Source: Azolla caroliniana
Lineage: Eukaryota > Plantae > Polypodiophyta
Assembly: GCA_043228905.1 (NCBI GenBank)
Contig: JBHGNT010000003.1
Location: forward strand, 19,096,001-19,160,000
Direction: 5' to 3'
DNA length: 64,000 bases
In this document: piece after piece, positions 1 through 12,690 of the stretch
How positions within the stretch are numbered: position 1 is the stretch's first letter
How the letters are laid out: each line of letters opens with the position of its first letter
Translations under genes and position numbers: made by a program
The notes under the pieces: generated by a model
What the model was told of the DNA's origin: nothing
What the model saw: the letters and a program-made list of their open reading frames with translations, nothing else
Database searches by the model: none

Positions 1-22
1 TATGACGAGTAGCCTTTAAGCC

Positions 23-587
23 TTGGCATGTGGGTCTTGAAGGTAGGGTCCTTGTGTTTGTCTACATGGGCCTAAACCTAGCTATTCGTGGTTTCTAACT
101 ACTAAATTATTTAGCAAGAAAGAGGATTGTGCCAATTGGGTGGGTAAGGGGGAGAGGAAATCAATCCTAGAATTTTGTAGCCATGTACTTCATAATTGCC
201 AAGCTATTGCGAATCAATGTAGTTATTGAGTCGACTTTGGCATGTGGGTCTTGAAGGTAGGGTCCTTGTGTTTGTCTACATGGGCCTAAACCTAGCTATT
301 CGTGGTTTCTAACTGCTAAATTATTTAGCAAGAAAGAGGATTGTGCCAATTGGGTGGGTAAGGGGGAGAGGAAATCAATCCTAGAATTTTGTAGCCATGT
401 ACTTCATAATTGCCAAGCTATTGCGAATCAATGTAATTATTGAGTCGACTTTCAACAAGAATAAACACCACATATTATTCATTAATAATTGAGTTAGTGT
501 ACTTCATAATTGCCAAGCTATTGCGAATCAATGTAGTTATTGAGTCGACTTTCAACAAGAATAAACACCACATATTATTCATTAATT
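23..587. repeat. Local tandem duplications: 214-bp unit x2 (23-236, 237-450), plus a ~90-bp segment recurring with 100-bp period (~398-487, ~498-587)
   Basis: Near-identical direct copies read from the sequence (ttggcatgtgggtcttgaagg... at 23 and 237; tgtacttcataattgcc...attaat at ~398 and ~498). Confidence 0.9.
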
Positions 588-1699
588 AAGGTGTTCATCG
601 TTCTTTGTACTTTTATACTCTAACTCTTTGTAGTTTTTATTGGTCTACCACGGGTACAACCTTTATAAGGTTGTTAGTGCAATCATTTTGTCATGGATGT
701 AGAAGTTCTACTAATGAAGAAGATGTTTTTTTGGTATAAAAAAAAACAAGACAGTCTTATCATAGATGTGCAAAAAACCATGATAAATATGATGGGCCTA
801 TATGCCTAATTTGAGTTTACACATTTTACCTTTGTTCTAGGATTTTAGATATTAGGCTTGAAAAACCTTAAAATGTGTGGGCATTGGAGGCAAAGACCTT
901 GTGATTTTTCTATCAAGGACTCTTTTGTGAACCCACATTGCTTGTTCAAGATGTTGAAGGGAAAGTTGGACTTGACAAACTACACATTGTAGAAGTTCAA
1001 GATGTCCATCACATGAGCTCTTGGATGTTTATCTAGTGGGACTAGGAGATCAAAAGATGTAGACACTATACATATATGGAATTTTCATAAGGACAACTAA
1101 ATCTTTGTTAATGTTGATTCCACACACATTACATTCAAGGTGCAAATGCCTAAAGGACATTTTCAAAGAGGAATGAAACCGTGATCCAGATTCCAAAACC
1201 AAGATAATCGATTAGCCTTTGAGAGGATGGGAAGGTGAATGAAATTACCATAAAGAAAAAACATCATTGAGATAAGATAACAATCATTGAATTAGAGAAA
1301 TGTGTATTTCTTTATCTCTGAAGTATAGTGATGGTCTAAACACAACACTTACCACGCAAGTGATAAATCAAATGTTGAATCCAAAATTTGTATTCTCTAC
1401 TAGATCAAATAGATTTAAGTCAGGATTTCAATCAAAAGTTCTTAGAAGATGCAAAATTATGGTAAACCAAGCCATATGGCTGAAGATTGTAATATTAAAC
1501 ACTAACAACTCGACACCTCTACTTTGGAGTTCACCAAGGGGGATTCTCTACATTTGGTTAAAACCAAAAGTTTGTTTATGTGTGGATGTATGAGGAGGTA
1601 GTTGGATCCTCGATAATAGATCAAGGTGGTACATGGATAGTCAAATGGACTCATTCTAGAACTTTAAAGACGGTAAAGATGCGTTCAAAAGTGCAAAAG

Positions 1700-2260
1700 A
1701 TGAAGGAAAATAGGGCGAAATATACTTTCCCAAACTAGTTTGTGTTTAAGACGTGCAAGGCTTGCATGTTGGGCAAGTTGCACTTAAATTCTTTTTTGCA
1801 AGATCTTAAGAGAGCAAAGCCTACTCCATAATAAGTCCTTGCAAACCTCTATAGAAAGATGGAAACAAAAACATGGGGTGGATCATCATACTATAATTGG
1901 ATGATGTGGGTATATTTCTCAAAAGGAAAGTTTGAGGCGCTTTGAAATTTCATAAAGTGGCAGTGTATTGTGAAGAAACAATTGGACGTGTTGCTTGATT
2001 GTAATGGTTTCCCTAATGTCATTTGAATTTAGCACCTAAAATTTTATAAAGTGGTCATGTTTTGTGAAGAAACAACTCGACTTTTCACATAATTGTAAAG
2101 ATATTTTAGATTGATAAAGGAGGAGAGTTTCTTTCAAGTCAATTTGAAAAGTATGCAGATTCATTGAATGGTATAAAAAATAGTTGATGCTTCACACATT
2201 CCATAATAGAGTGATTAATAGAGCAGTAATATCCAAATATTGTGGAAATGGGACTATCTA
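1700..2260 (+). pseudogene. Highly degraded Ty1/Copia integrase remnant
   Basis: Fragmentary translations CKACMLGKLH (GAG-pre-integrase/Zn-binding), MWVYF and DKGGEFLSSQFEKY (D-x-G-G-E core), with many stops and frameshifts. Confidence 0.55.
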
Positions 2261-2432
2261 GTCTCGAAGAATGAGGCCATACAAGGTTGATGTCATGACT
2301 TTCAATTTGCTATATGTTGAGGTTGTCCCCCAAAGCCAAATTCATGGGCAATATAAGAAAGGATATAATGAAAGTGTTAAGATATCAAACTCAATTGTCC
2401 AATGTGTCTTTGATCCCTCAAGTGGTGAGCAT

Positions 2433-2746
2433 TAGGAATCGACTATGGTTTGGTTTTGGCCTAACCAGTTTGGCCTTATCCTAATCAAACCGGTTAAGCC
2501 TTAACCGGTTTGAGAGTTTTCAAACTTGAACCAAACTGATCCCTAAACCGGTTAAGGCTAACAGTTTTGGCCAAACTGATTAAGCCTTAATTGGTTTAGC
2601 AAGGCCCAAGACGAATTAAACAAGCTCAAAGTGTTTAAGGAGGCTCAAGCCTGAACTAAGCCAAACCAAATCGACAAACTACCAAACTGTTTAAATACAA
2701 TTGAATGGCTTAGTTCAGGCTTGAGTTGAGCCATTGCTGACTCCTA
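2433..2746. mobile_element. hAT-type MITE
   Basis: Imperfect TIRs taggaatcgactatgg / ccattgctgactccta; degenerate 8-bp TSD gtgagcat / gtgggcac; internal aaaccgg/ccggtt subterminal motifs. Confidence 0.65.
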
Positions 2747-3049
2747 GTGGGCACATGTATGTAGCTCAACTATCCAACATGTGTGTGATCACACAAGTAC
2801 TAGGTGCACATTTATGCATTAAAATCTACTCAATCCATTATCATAACCTTTTTACTCCACGTGATGTAATACTCATATCAAATAGTTAATGTAAAAAATT
2901 TATGATGGCAATGGCAAAGAAGGGATAATATACAAAATATTGATACATGAATTATGGGACAAACTTACATGTTTTACTACCATGTTTTTATCATTAATTA
3001 TGGCAATGTAACATTTGACATTGAATCTTTCATCATATATCTAGTTAAA

Positions 3050-3750
3050 ACTTGGGAGCATGATATTGAGACGATTCAAGGTTTGCACAATTAAACGAAA
3101 AGGAAAGGGATGATAACATCTTTGATTAAGAGGGAATTAGAGAAATATTTTTCAATCATAAAAAATGATGACAATGGATGTTATATAGGGCTCAAAATAG
3201 AAACACTAAATGACATGCACACCTTTGTAGTTTGGATGCTACGTTCGTGATCAAGATTCGAAGTTTATGATTGTTTTGGATAAAGATAAACTTTTTACGA
3301 ATCTAGAAGATAATATTGTTTATTTTAAAGTTAAGGGGAAGTTATTATCTTTGGTGAGATGAATGCTTGTAACTTGAGGTACAACAATATTTAATGCCAC
3401 ATATCTCAAGGATGCAAGAGGATATATAACTTTGAGGTTGATATGAGAAGTTAATTCTATAAATGTGCAATAATACTAAAATGTTTAGTATAAATCATGT
3501 ATCTTTATGGTTCAACATGATTGGTTTTACATCTAAAAACATATGAGAATGAAAATTGTGTGATTGGCTATGTGCTACCTTCCAAACACATTTTGGATTG
3601 CATACACAAATTCCAATTAATGAATGGACACTAGAATTCGATTGTATGACCTTTTATGCATTGATCTCAAATGTACGAAAAGGTTAGACTGTGAGAAGGC
3701 CCTTGAAGATATCAAACAACCATATTTTGGCATAGACCTTAAAATGGGCA
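3050..3750 (+). pseudogene. Possible degraded LINE APE-endonuclease remnant
   Basis: VIIFGEMNA (GDFNA-like) at ~3341 and VIGYVL (IDY-like) at ~3560; otherwise unreadable. Confidence 0.35.
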
Positions 3751-3949
3751 CTCATATATCCACGATGGTTACGTTATGTTACAAATGACAAAGCAATAAC
3801 ACTGCACAATACTATTATGCAAACGGGAAGCTTTCAAAAAAGTCATTTTGTAATGTATTAACAAATTGCTTTTTTTTAATAACAAAATATCCTTCCATTA
3901 GTTTTTAAAAAAGGCATATCAGCTACAACCTACAAAATAAGTTGGATTT

Positions 3950-4740
3950 CAAGTAATCATCATCCCCTTTTTCCGAATAGTGCCATATATGTCTTGAACG
4001 AGCCCTTCAAGCTACATCCTTTCCAAACATTTCTAGACCTCTTAACCGTACCCATATTCAACATAACCAAAAATAAGCAAATTCCACGATTATACATTGC
4101 CTCTGGGTGATAATAGTTTGATGACTATAGTAGCATCTTCAAAAATGCCACATTTAGGGTATGCATCAACTAGACTTGCCACAAGACAAGGATCTGAATC
4201 AAACCCCCTTTCAATGATCTCATTATGTATTTGTTGGCCTCTTCTGATAGCTTTTAGGCTTATGCATGCCTTCAAGGTGCAAATATAGGTCACAACATTT
4301 GACAAAGAACCTTGAGATTGCACGTATGAAAAACATTCCAACGCCTTTGTGCCTGGTCCATATTCTGTGTAACTTGTAATAAGAGCATTCCAGGAGATCA
4401 CACCTCGACATGGCATCAGATCAAACGTTTTCTTTGCCACTACAAGAGACCCACATTTGGCAGACATGTCCACAACAGTGCTTCTGACAAAATCATCACT
4501 TTCAAGCCCTTGTTTCACAATCCGCAAGTTTAAAGACATGCATTTGTGGCTGAGCACATGCATTTGTGGCTGCAACAAAGGTGAAATTTCTAGGGCACAC
4601 ACTATTGTCTTCCTTTTCTTTCAATATCAGCATGTATTGACTTGCCCTTACCCATGCCCCAATCCTACCACAATTTTGGGATCCTTTTCAGACAAGTATT
4701 GCACTCTAGCTAGCTTCTCCATCCTTGCATGTAGCTGACC
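3950..4740 (-). pseudogene. PLS-class pentatricopeptide repeat (PPR) gene fragment
   Basis: ORF 4090-4602 has VDMSAKCGSL..AKKTFD..VISWNALI, VTYICTLKAC..GQQIH and LVDAYPKCG motifs; truncated and frameshifted at both ends. Confidence 0.8.
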
Positions 4741-4913
4741 AACATCAATTAACCAAAAACCATTCCCAATGCTCGTACGACCTGCCATGCTTGTCGATAT
4801 GAAAGGTCAACTCTCTATTAAAATCCATAATCCCTTACAACTACTCTTGGACTGCTATAGACATATGTATGTCCCAAAGAATTAGTAATAACAGTTATAC
4901 ATTGACACATGCC

Positions 4914-5185
4914 TCATGTCAGTGGAGGAAATACCCAGAGTGGTGGTTGATACCTCCAACGTATACCACTGCAGAATACCCTCATCCTTTCCCATCCATT
5001 CTTAAAAACCTCTTGCTTTTGAAAGTCTATATTTGAATCACCTTTGATATCATCATATTCTCCTTTTAGTGCATGCACTAAGGTTATCCAAATGTCCTTG
5101 ACTACCTCCACAACATTCCATTGAATTTGCCGAAATATCCTTCGACATCTACTAGTCCACAAAACCTATATGATTATTGAACTAA
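4914..5185 (-). mobile_element. 3' end fragment of an L1-like LINE ORF2
   Basis: C-terminal W-rich tail (IWITLVH..LKGEYDDIKG..WRYQPPLWVFPP); similar to the tail at 37550-37750, which follows a zf-RVT. Confidence 0.55.
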
Positions 5186-5638
5186 TCGTTGTCGAGACTT
5201 GAGAATAGGAGAGAGAGAGATAAGATGACGGTAGAATATATATATATATATATACAAAGAGAGAGAGAGTGAGAGAGAGAGAGAGTTTATATTATAAGAG
5301 AGCAAGGATTACAAATAGTAGGCTAAGGGGCTACAAACTGGTGTTGAACCGAATGAGTTATAATGAATTAATAGACACCTATTTATAGGTCCTTATGGAG
5401 TATTCTAGAATGTTCTAGAATAATTTAGATATTTAATATAATCATGGAATATTCTAGAGTGTTCTAGAATTCTCTAGGATGTTCTAAAATACTCTAAATA
5501 TCTTGTATTAACTATAATATAATTATTATAATTATAAATCATGTATCTTATGCTAATGGTTAAAGGTCTAACATATAGACCAAGACGTCATGGATTCGAA
5601 TCCTTATAAGGCCACAATGTATTTATGTCTTCATGACA

Positions 5639-8600
5639 TTATCCCCCTTTTTGACGACGAGTTCCACGAGTCAAAAGATAAGATTTAGGACTTGGTTTAT
5701 GGGGATATTTGTTGTGAAACGCGGAAATCATGTCCAAGGCATTAACAAGATTCTCAGAAGGCTCCCATGTTCGATCATTAGGTGTATAACCTAACCAATC
5801 TACCAAATAATATGGTTTGTTGCAGACGATCTTGGAGTCGAGAATGGCTGCAACTTCATATTCAGAGCCATTGGAAACTTCGATTGGAGGTGGGGGAGAT
5901 GTAAGACGACCTAGGATAGAGCTAGTTGTGTAGGGTTCCAAAAGGGAAACATGAAAGACATGGAGGAGGTAGATCAAGGCGAAATGCCACATCATTAATC
6001 TTACCAGATATCACATATGGGCCAAAAAGTTGATAATCCAATTTGTAGCAAGATCGGGTGGTTTTAATGCTATCTTGTAAGAGCCATACTTGATCTCCCA
6101 CTTGAAACAGAGTTGATGAATCACGTCGATGTCAGTCGGCAACCTGCTTTTGAGTATTTTGAGCAACACATAAATGGTGCGAAATTTATCCTGAATTTCT
6201 TGGAGTCAGGTAAGCCGATCTTCAATAGCCGGGTTTGTCGGGAGTTCAAGATGTTCAAGCATAGTCCAACGTGGATGGTACCCAATGTTCGCAAAAAATG
6301 GGGAGTATCCAGTAGAAGAATGTTCTGAGTTGTTGTAAGCAAATTCTAGCAAATGTAATAGATCAACCCAATCATCTTGTTGATAGTTGACAAAACAACA
6401 AAGATATTGCTCTATTGTTTGGTTGGTGCATTCACTTTGCCCGTTAGTTTCTAGATGGTGACTGGAAGAGAGTTTGCAAGAAGTATGTAAGAGTTTAAAC
6501 ATGTGTGGCCAAAATTTTGAGATGAATTGGGGACCCTGATCACTGATAATATCATCGGGAAGACCATGATGCTGAAACACCTCTCTCATGAGTAACTCAG
6601 CTGTCTCTTGGCTCGTAATGGCCTTCATGCAGGGAAGAAAATGCGCCATCTTCGTAAAACGGTTTACTAATGTAAGAATAGAATCAAAACCCTTGGAAGG
6701 TGGTAGATCCGTAATGAAGTCCAATGAAATAGATTTCCATGGACTCTCAAGAGTAGGCATTGGTTGTAATAAGCCATATGGATGATGTCAAGATTTTTTG
6801 GATTGGCAACATGTATCACTACGAACATAATTCGTAACAAATTGGCGAAGTCATGGCCACCAATATCTTCGAGAAATTAACGCCAAAGTCTTGTGGATGC
6901 CGAAATGTCCAACCATCGGTGTGTCATGACATTGTTGCAAGAATTGGAGTCGAGAAGGACCGTCAAGCACATACAAGAGATTTTGTCGAAAAAGTAAACC
7001 ATCATGCCAACTGAATTGGTTGTAGTCTTGACGAGGATTTTGAGATTGTGAACAAGAAGCTCGATTTGGGATAATGTGGTTCAAAATGTCTTGGGCGAAT
7101 TCATCAGTCTCAATATGCTCTCGAATGGAATCAAGAAGACTTGAATCTCTGGGTGTGCGTATAGCATGGAATGCCATTAGTCGTAGACGGTTAGAACCCA
7201 AGAGGATTTTCTTCTAACTTTCAAATGCGGCCTCCCCTGGTTGAAGTTCCATATACGAACGTCGAGATAAAGCATCTGATTTTCCTTGTTGTATCCCAAG
7301 GCGATATAGAATTACAAAATCAAAACGAGTTAAGAACTGCGCCCAACCAGGTTGTCGACGACTAAAGATTCGAGCACTTTGGAAGTGCGTTAGGTTTTTG
7401 TGATCATTGTAGACAATGATCTGTTGAGAAGAACCTTCCAAAAAATGATGCCATTGTTGAAAAGAATCCACAATGGCAATAAGCTCTTCGTCGTGAATCC
7501 CATAGTTGATTTCTGTAGCTTCAAATTTCTTTGATGAACTTGCGATAAAAGTTTGGAAGCCCAAAAAACATTGTACATCTCGCAAAGACTGTGGTGTTTG
7601 CCAATCCAAAACTGTTTGAACCTTTGCTGGATCCATAGCTATGTACCCCAAAAATACCACTTGATGCTGGTCGAAACTACACTTCTCCAATTTTTCATAG
7701 AGACCATATTCACGCAATCGTTGTAAAGCTTGTGACTTGATGCTGGTCGAAACTACACTTCTCCAATTTTGCATAGAGACCATATTCACGCAACCGTTGT
7801 AAAGCTTGTCGAATGTGTATATCATGCTCTATTTGAGTTTTTGAGTAGATCAAGATATCATCCAAGTTGTCAAGATTCGAACTCTTGACATGACCATGTT
7901 ATAATCGAGTGTTATGTGTTAACCACACATCTAGCATATAGTCATGTATATACTTCCTCATTGTAGGTTTTAGCTAGCATCATGTGCATAATTTCTCCCT
8001 TGTATTATTAACACTTGGCACATGCATGCGTACCTACTGCCTACATGCTCTATTGTATCACATGTGTGCAACAGGTATGCATGCCACTTAGTATAAATAG
8101 TTGAGTTCACCTTGAAGGAATTCAAGGTGAACAACGCCAGTCATGGACATATCAATCTAGTATTCTCATTTCGCCCAATCTTGTCTCCTTAATCTTCATC
8201 TCTATCTTTATGCTCTTGTGTCATTCCGTCATTGCTCCGTCGTAGCCTCATCATCCGTGCTCCGTCTTAGTCTGCACTTGGTGTGTCCATGACACAGGTA
8301 AACTATGACGAAAATATCGAGGAAAACTCTAAAAATGTCATTCGCCATATGTTGGAAAACTGTTGGTGCATTTGTGAGACCAAATGGCATCACTGTATAC
8401 TCAAAATGGCCATAGCGGGTACGGAAAGCAGTCTTCCATTCATCCCCAGGATGGATTCGAACAAGGTTGTAAGCACCTCGAAGATCTAACTTTGTGAAAT
8501 ATTTAGCTCCAGTGAGGCATTCTAGAAGGCTTGATATCAACGGTAAAGCATATCGATTTCGAATAGTTACTTTATTCAATCCCCGATAATCCATGACCAG

Positions 8601-10561
8601 ACAAAGCGAGCCATCTTTCTTCTTAACGAAACATATGGTTGCGCCAGCAGGAGATCTTGAATGTTGAATAAACCCATTTGCCAAGTTCTCATCAATGTAT
8701 TCCTGAAGAACCTGTAGCTCCGTGTGTGAAAGGTTATAAATTGGCCCCCATGGAGCCTCTTTTCCAGGCTGCAAATCAATCGGACAATCATATGGTCGAT
8801 GCTCTGGTAATCTATTGGCCTTCACCTTATCAAACACATCAAAGAATTCGGTATATTTCTTCGGTAGTTGGACCCCCAATTCTTGTGAGCTCGATGTGGG
8901 AGTTGCTAAAACTGCGAACACAAACATGACTTCTTTCCGTCCTTCCTCACGTAACTGATGTACAAAGATTGTCGAAATCTGTTGACATCTCATATCCCTC
9001 GTTGAAGTGTTAAGAGACTCAGACTGTACTGTGACCTCTTCAATGGTTCTTTTTCTCCAATCAATAGTTGGGTTATGTAGCGCAAACCATGGAAGACCAA
9101 GAACAAGGGAGTGATCTGGACTACTAATAATGTTGAACGAGATGACACTAGCCAAATTGCCCAAGACTAGACGAATTGGTTCAAACTGTTCAATTATATC
9201 ACTTGATACTATGGGGCATCCATCAATGACTCTGATAGACATTGGACTTGGGAGCTTATGGAACTGAATATTATGCATTACAACGAACTCTTGATCCATA
9301 AAACAAGAGTTGGCTCTAGAGTCTAATAGAGCAGAAGTTGGGACTCGATGGCACCTAGATGTGTTAAGCTCAACTTGTGCAGAGAAAACTCGACTAACTT
9401 GACCGGATGAAATGGAACCACGACTAGGGATGAGTGTTATATGCCTACAACTGTCCAACCAAATGGCTCCGATTTGGGCCGGACATACTCGTTTAACACA
9501 TCTGCTAATTACCTGAAGACATCATATGTATTTTTATGACAAGCGCTACTACACGTACTTGGGTTACGAAATTGAAATGGGGTTGTCATGGGCACTTACT
9601 TGGTTAACTTGTTGTCGTGGTTTATGTGGACAGTTCACAACAATATGTCCTGAACCACCACAATAGAGGCATAGACGATTTACTCGAAGTCATTGCTTTT
9701 CAACATCCGATAATGGTCCTCGACGTCATTTTGTGTCGATTTCCATTGGAGTAGGGCCTTCCACCAAACTTGGCTTTGACACTTGGGATGGAGTTGCAAC
9801 CACCGAACCATATGTTTTTGGTGATCAGAAGCATAACATTTGTTGGCATTAAGAAAGCCGCTCAAACAAGCGATTGTCACATCGGATCGCCCGACTTATT
9901 GCTTCAGTAAGAGATTTTGGATCATCATGGAATGTAATAAGTAAATCCTTCACATCGTTGCATAGACCTTGATGAAATTGGTCCATTAACATTGCCTCAT
10001 CCCATGGAATATTGCACCCTAGAAGGAGAAAATCTGCAGCATAAGCGGAAGCAGGACAATCTCCTTGTCGTAATCGACAAATTTTGTTTATTGTTGTCCT
10101 CATACTATCTGTGTCTCCAAAGTTGGCTTGGAGTTCTTTAATAAACCCTTCAAAATCTTCTAACAATGGCTAGTGCTTCTCTAGGAGTGGTGCAAACCAT
10201 GCTAACGCGATACTCGTTAACAAGGTACCAACTAGTCCCACACAAGCAACATCAGTTGGGTAACGGCTAGGATGCAATTTAATCACAAGTCGTACCTGAT
10301 TTAAAATCCACGAAATTGAGACCTTGTACCATCAAACTTGGCTGGCAGACTAATCTTGGGTTCCTTCGGCGAGGTTTGAACTTCTGCCGCTTGTTGTTGC
10401 AATAGAGTAGTCTCCAATTGATGCACCCGTTGAGATAATTCTTCATATTGTTGTACTTTCTCAACACTTACTTCTTGTAGGTCTCCCAACAATCTTTGAT
10501 TTTCATGCTCCAGTGCCACGAATTTGCTTGTTAGCATGTCAAGCTTGGAGAGAACGCCCAT
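5639..10561 (-). pseudogene. Disrupted gag-pol of the Tcn1-like element
   Basis: Gag (LPAKFDGTR, RLRQG; zinc knuckle ~9640-9680), protease LLDSRA, RT (TAFRTRYGHFEYTVMPFGLTNAP, YLDD), RNase H (NDHKNL), integrase (SLDFITDLP, SDQGPQF), chromodomain EYEVAAILDS..YLVDWLGY..TWEP. Stops, frameshifts, a ~78-bp duplication at ~7659-7808 and an RT/RH junction deletion are present. Confidence 0.93.
7868..8294 (+). mobile_element. Solo LTR (Tcn1-like family) inserted in the host RT
   Basis: tgtcaaga...ccatgaca termini; TSD caagt/caggt; TATAAATA at 8093; related to the LTRs at 49811-50312 and 61119-61538. Confidence 0.88.
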
Positions 10562-10733
10562 ATATTCTTGCTTGCTGACAGACTCCTTAGTTATGAGAGA
10601 AAATTGCTAGATTTGGTTGAATAAGATTAAGATAAGAAGAAGAAGTTGGAGAAAAAGAAAAGAGAGAAATTTGGTTCAAACTGTCGAGACTTGAGAATAG
10701 GAGAGAGAAAGATAAGATGACGATAGAAGGTAT

Positions 10734-10765
<32 letters not shown>

Positions 10766-10843
10766 CACTAGAAATGGAAAGAGAGTTTATATTATAAGAG
10801 AGCAAGGATTACAAAGAGTAGGCTAAGGGGCTACAAACTAGTG

Positions 10844-10968
10844 TTGAACCGAATGAGTTATAATGAATGAATAGACACGTATTTAAGGTCCTTATGGAGT
10901 ATTCTAGAATGTTCTAGAATATTTATGATATTTAATATAATCATGGAATATTCTAGAATGTTCTAGAA
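10844..10968 (-). promoter_or_regulatory. 5' LTR promoter: heat-shock-element arrays, TATA box and predicted R start
   Basis: TTCtaGAAtgTTCtaGAA (10902-10919) and GAAtaTTCtaGAAtgTTCtaGAA (10946-10968) lie upstream of the TATA (intact TATAAATA in the 3' LTR at 5380-5387, minus strand). Confidence 0.7.
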
Positions 10969-11913
10969 TTCTCTAGGATGTTCTAGAATACTCTAACTAT
11001 CTTGTATTAACTATAATATAATTATTATAACTATACATCATGTATTTTATGCTAATGGTTAAAGGTCTAACATATAGACCAAGACGCCATGGATTCAAAT
11101 CTTTATAAGGCCAAAATGTATGTTTTCATGACAATCGTCTCCCAAACCACGTCATTTTGGACTGAATTAATAGGCATACATGGAGACACTTCCTCAACAT
11201 ATCGACCTCTTGTATATAATACAAAGTTAACATTTTCTTTTTCATAATCTTGTACCTCACCCTTAATATCAACCCACATCACTGCCCCCATTTATATATT
11301 CTAGAGCCATATTAACAAATGTTTTTCACTAAGCATATACCTTGTAAATCCATCAAGAAATGTGCTAAGTAAAAATGGTTCAATAATGAATACCATGAAG
11401 CTTGAAAATTCCTTATGAGTTTGGACGTAGTCAAGGATAAGGAAGGATATTATTGGGCAAGGCGTGGCATGACTTTAGGGCCTTTTGTGGCAACCTAGAA
11501 CGAACACGAGAGTTGAAATTGGGTGTTACCTTGGAACCAACCTTGAGCTTTCATGGTTCGGCCAAAGATTTTTCATATGGCATAAGATTTGGTCCCATCA
11601 CGTTCATGTTTATGTGTATAGCTCTTAAGTTAAATTGATTTGGTAGTTGTATGTGCCCTTTTAGAGGTTTAATTTCGATGTATTTTGACTTTCGGTGAAT
11701 TTGAGAATGTCTAGGAAGGCAAAACTAGGAGTTAGCACCTTCTTCCCTTTGCACATTTTTGTGATTCTCTCACATGCACCTTCGGCAATGGGATATACGA
11801 GGCTTGGCATGGGTTCCCTTTAGTGCATGCATAGTAATGATTTGTTGGCTCCATGTAATGCCATAAGGTGTTGATTTGTTTAGAATTGAAGCGGTTTTTT
11901 TTTCAAGAGTTCT

Positions 11914-12690
11914 TCATCCGTGAGTTTGAAGAAGTTGATATATATCAATCAATGCCTTTGCAATGAGATTTTCATTCTCTAAGTGACTGTATATGATTTT
12001 GGCATGGTCTTCTTTCCCTATTTCTACAACTCGTTCATCACCACAAGCTTTCAATATGCAAATAAATATGACTACATTTGGCGAATGACTACAATAAGAT
12101 GGTCTCTCCATGGACTTGCATTGTATATATCCTACAATAAGCGAATTCCACACTACTATATATCCCAAATTTGAAGTTGATTTACTATGTCCTTTGCTAC
12201 ACAAAGCATGCCACATTTCACATACATGTCAACCAATGCAGTGTTGAGCATATCATTGCCCGCTAGAAACCCCTCCATCACAACCCTGACATGTATATTT
12301 TGGCCCTTGTAGGCTTCTCCCAAGTTCCCATACGTTGGCATACTATGCTTTTCTTTTCCCTATGACTCTATGCTGCCATATGCTTTCAAGATGTCAGCAA
12401 AAGTGAATGCATTCGGTGAGTATCTACTGGCTTGTATCCAATGGAAACACTTTATTGCTTCTTCATTTCCCCCCTGCTAGATGTATCTTGAAATAAGAGC
12501 ATTCCAAGACATTAGATCCTCAACCAACAATATTTCAAACACTTTCTGTGCTTTTACAAGAAAGCCAAATTTGGCATACATGTCTACCAACACATTTCCA
12601 AAGATTTGTAGTTGTCTATGTGGGTATTTGCAACCTATCATAACTGTTGATTGCACCACTAAAATGAGGTACATGCTTACTTGTATCTAG
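11914..12690 (-). pseudogene. PLS-class PPR gene fragment
   Basis: Frameshifted pieces: NVLVDMYAKFG..AQKVFE..SWNALI, TALVDMYVKCG, VVWNSLIVGY, PNVVIFICILKACG. Confidence 0.8.

Larger units (their letters stand above)
5190..11133 (-). mobile_element. Full-length decayed Ty3/Gypsy chromovirus (Tcn1-like)
   Basis: LTRs 5190-5638 (3') and 10682-11133 (5'), both TG..CA; perfect TSD atcgt; PPT aaaaagggggataa next to the 3' LTR; gag-PR-RT-RH-IN-chromodomain order. Confidence 0.95.

Noticed and set aside
5549-5610. Functional tRNA genes at the tRNA-like cassettes
   Set aside because: Acceptor stems are not intact and they lie inside LTRs; reported only as tRNA-like cassettes.
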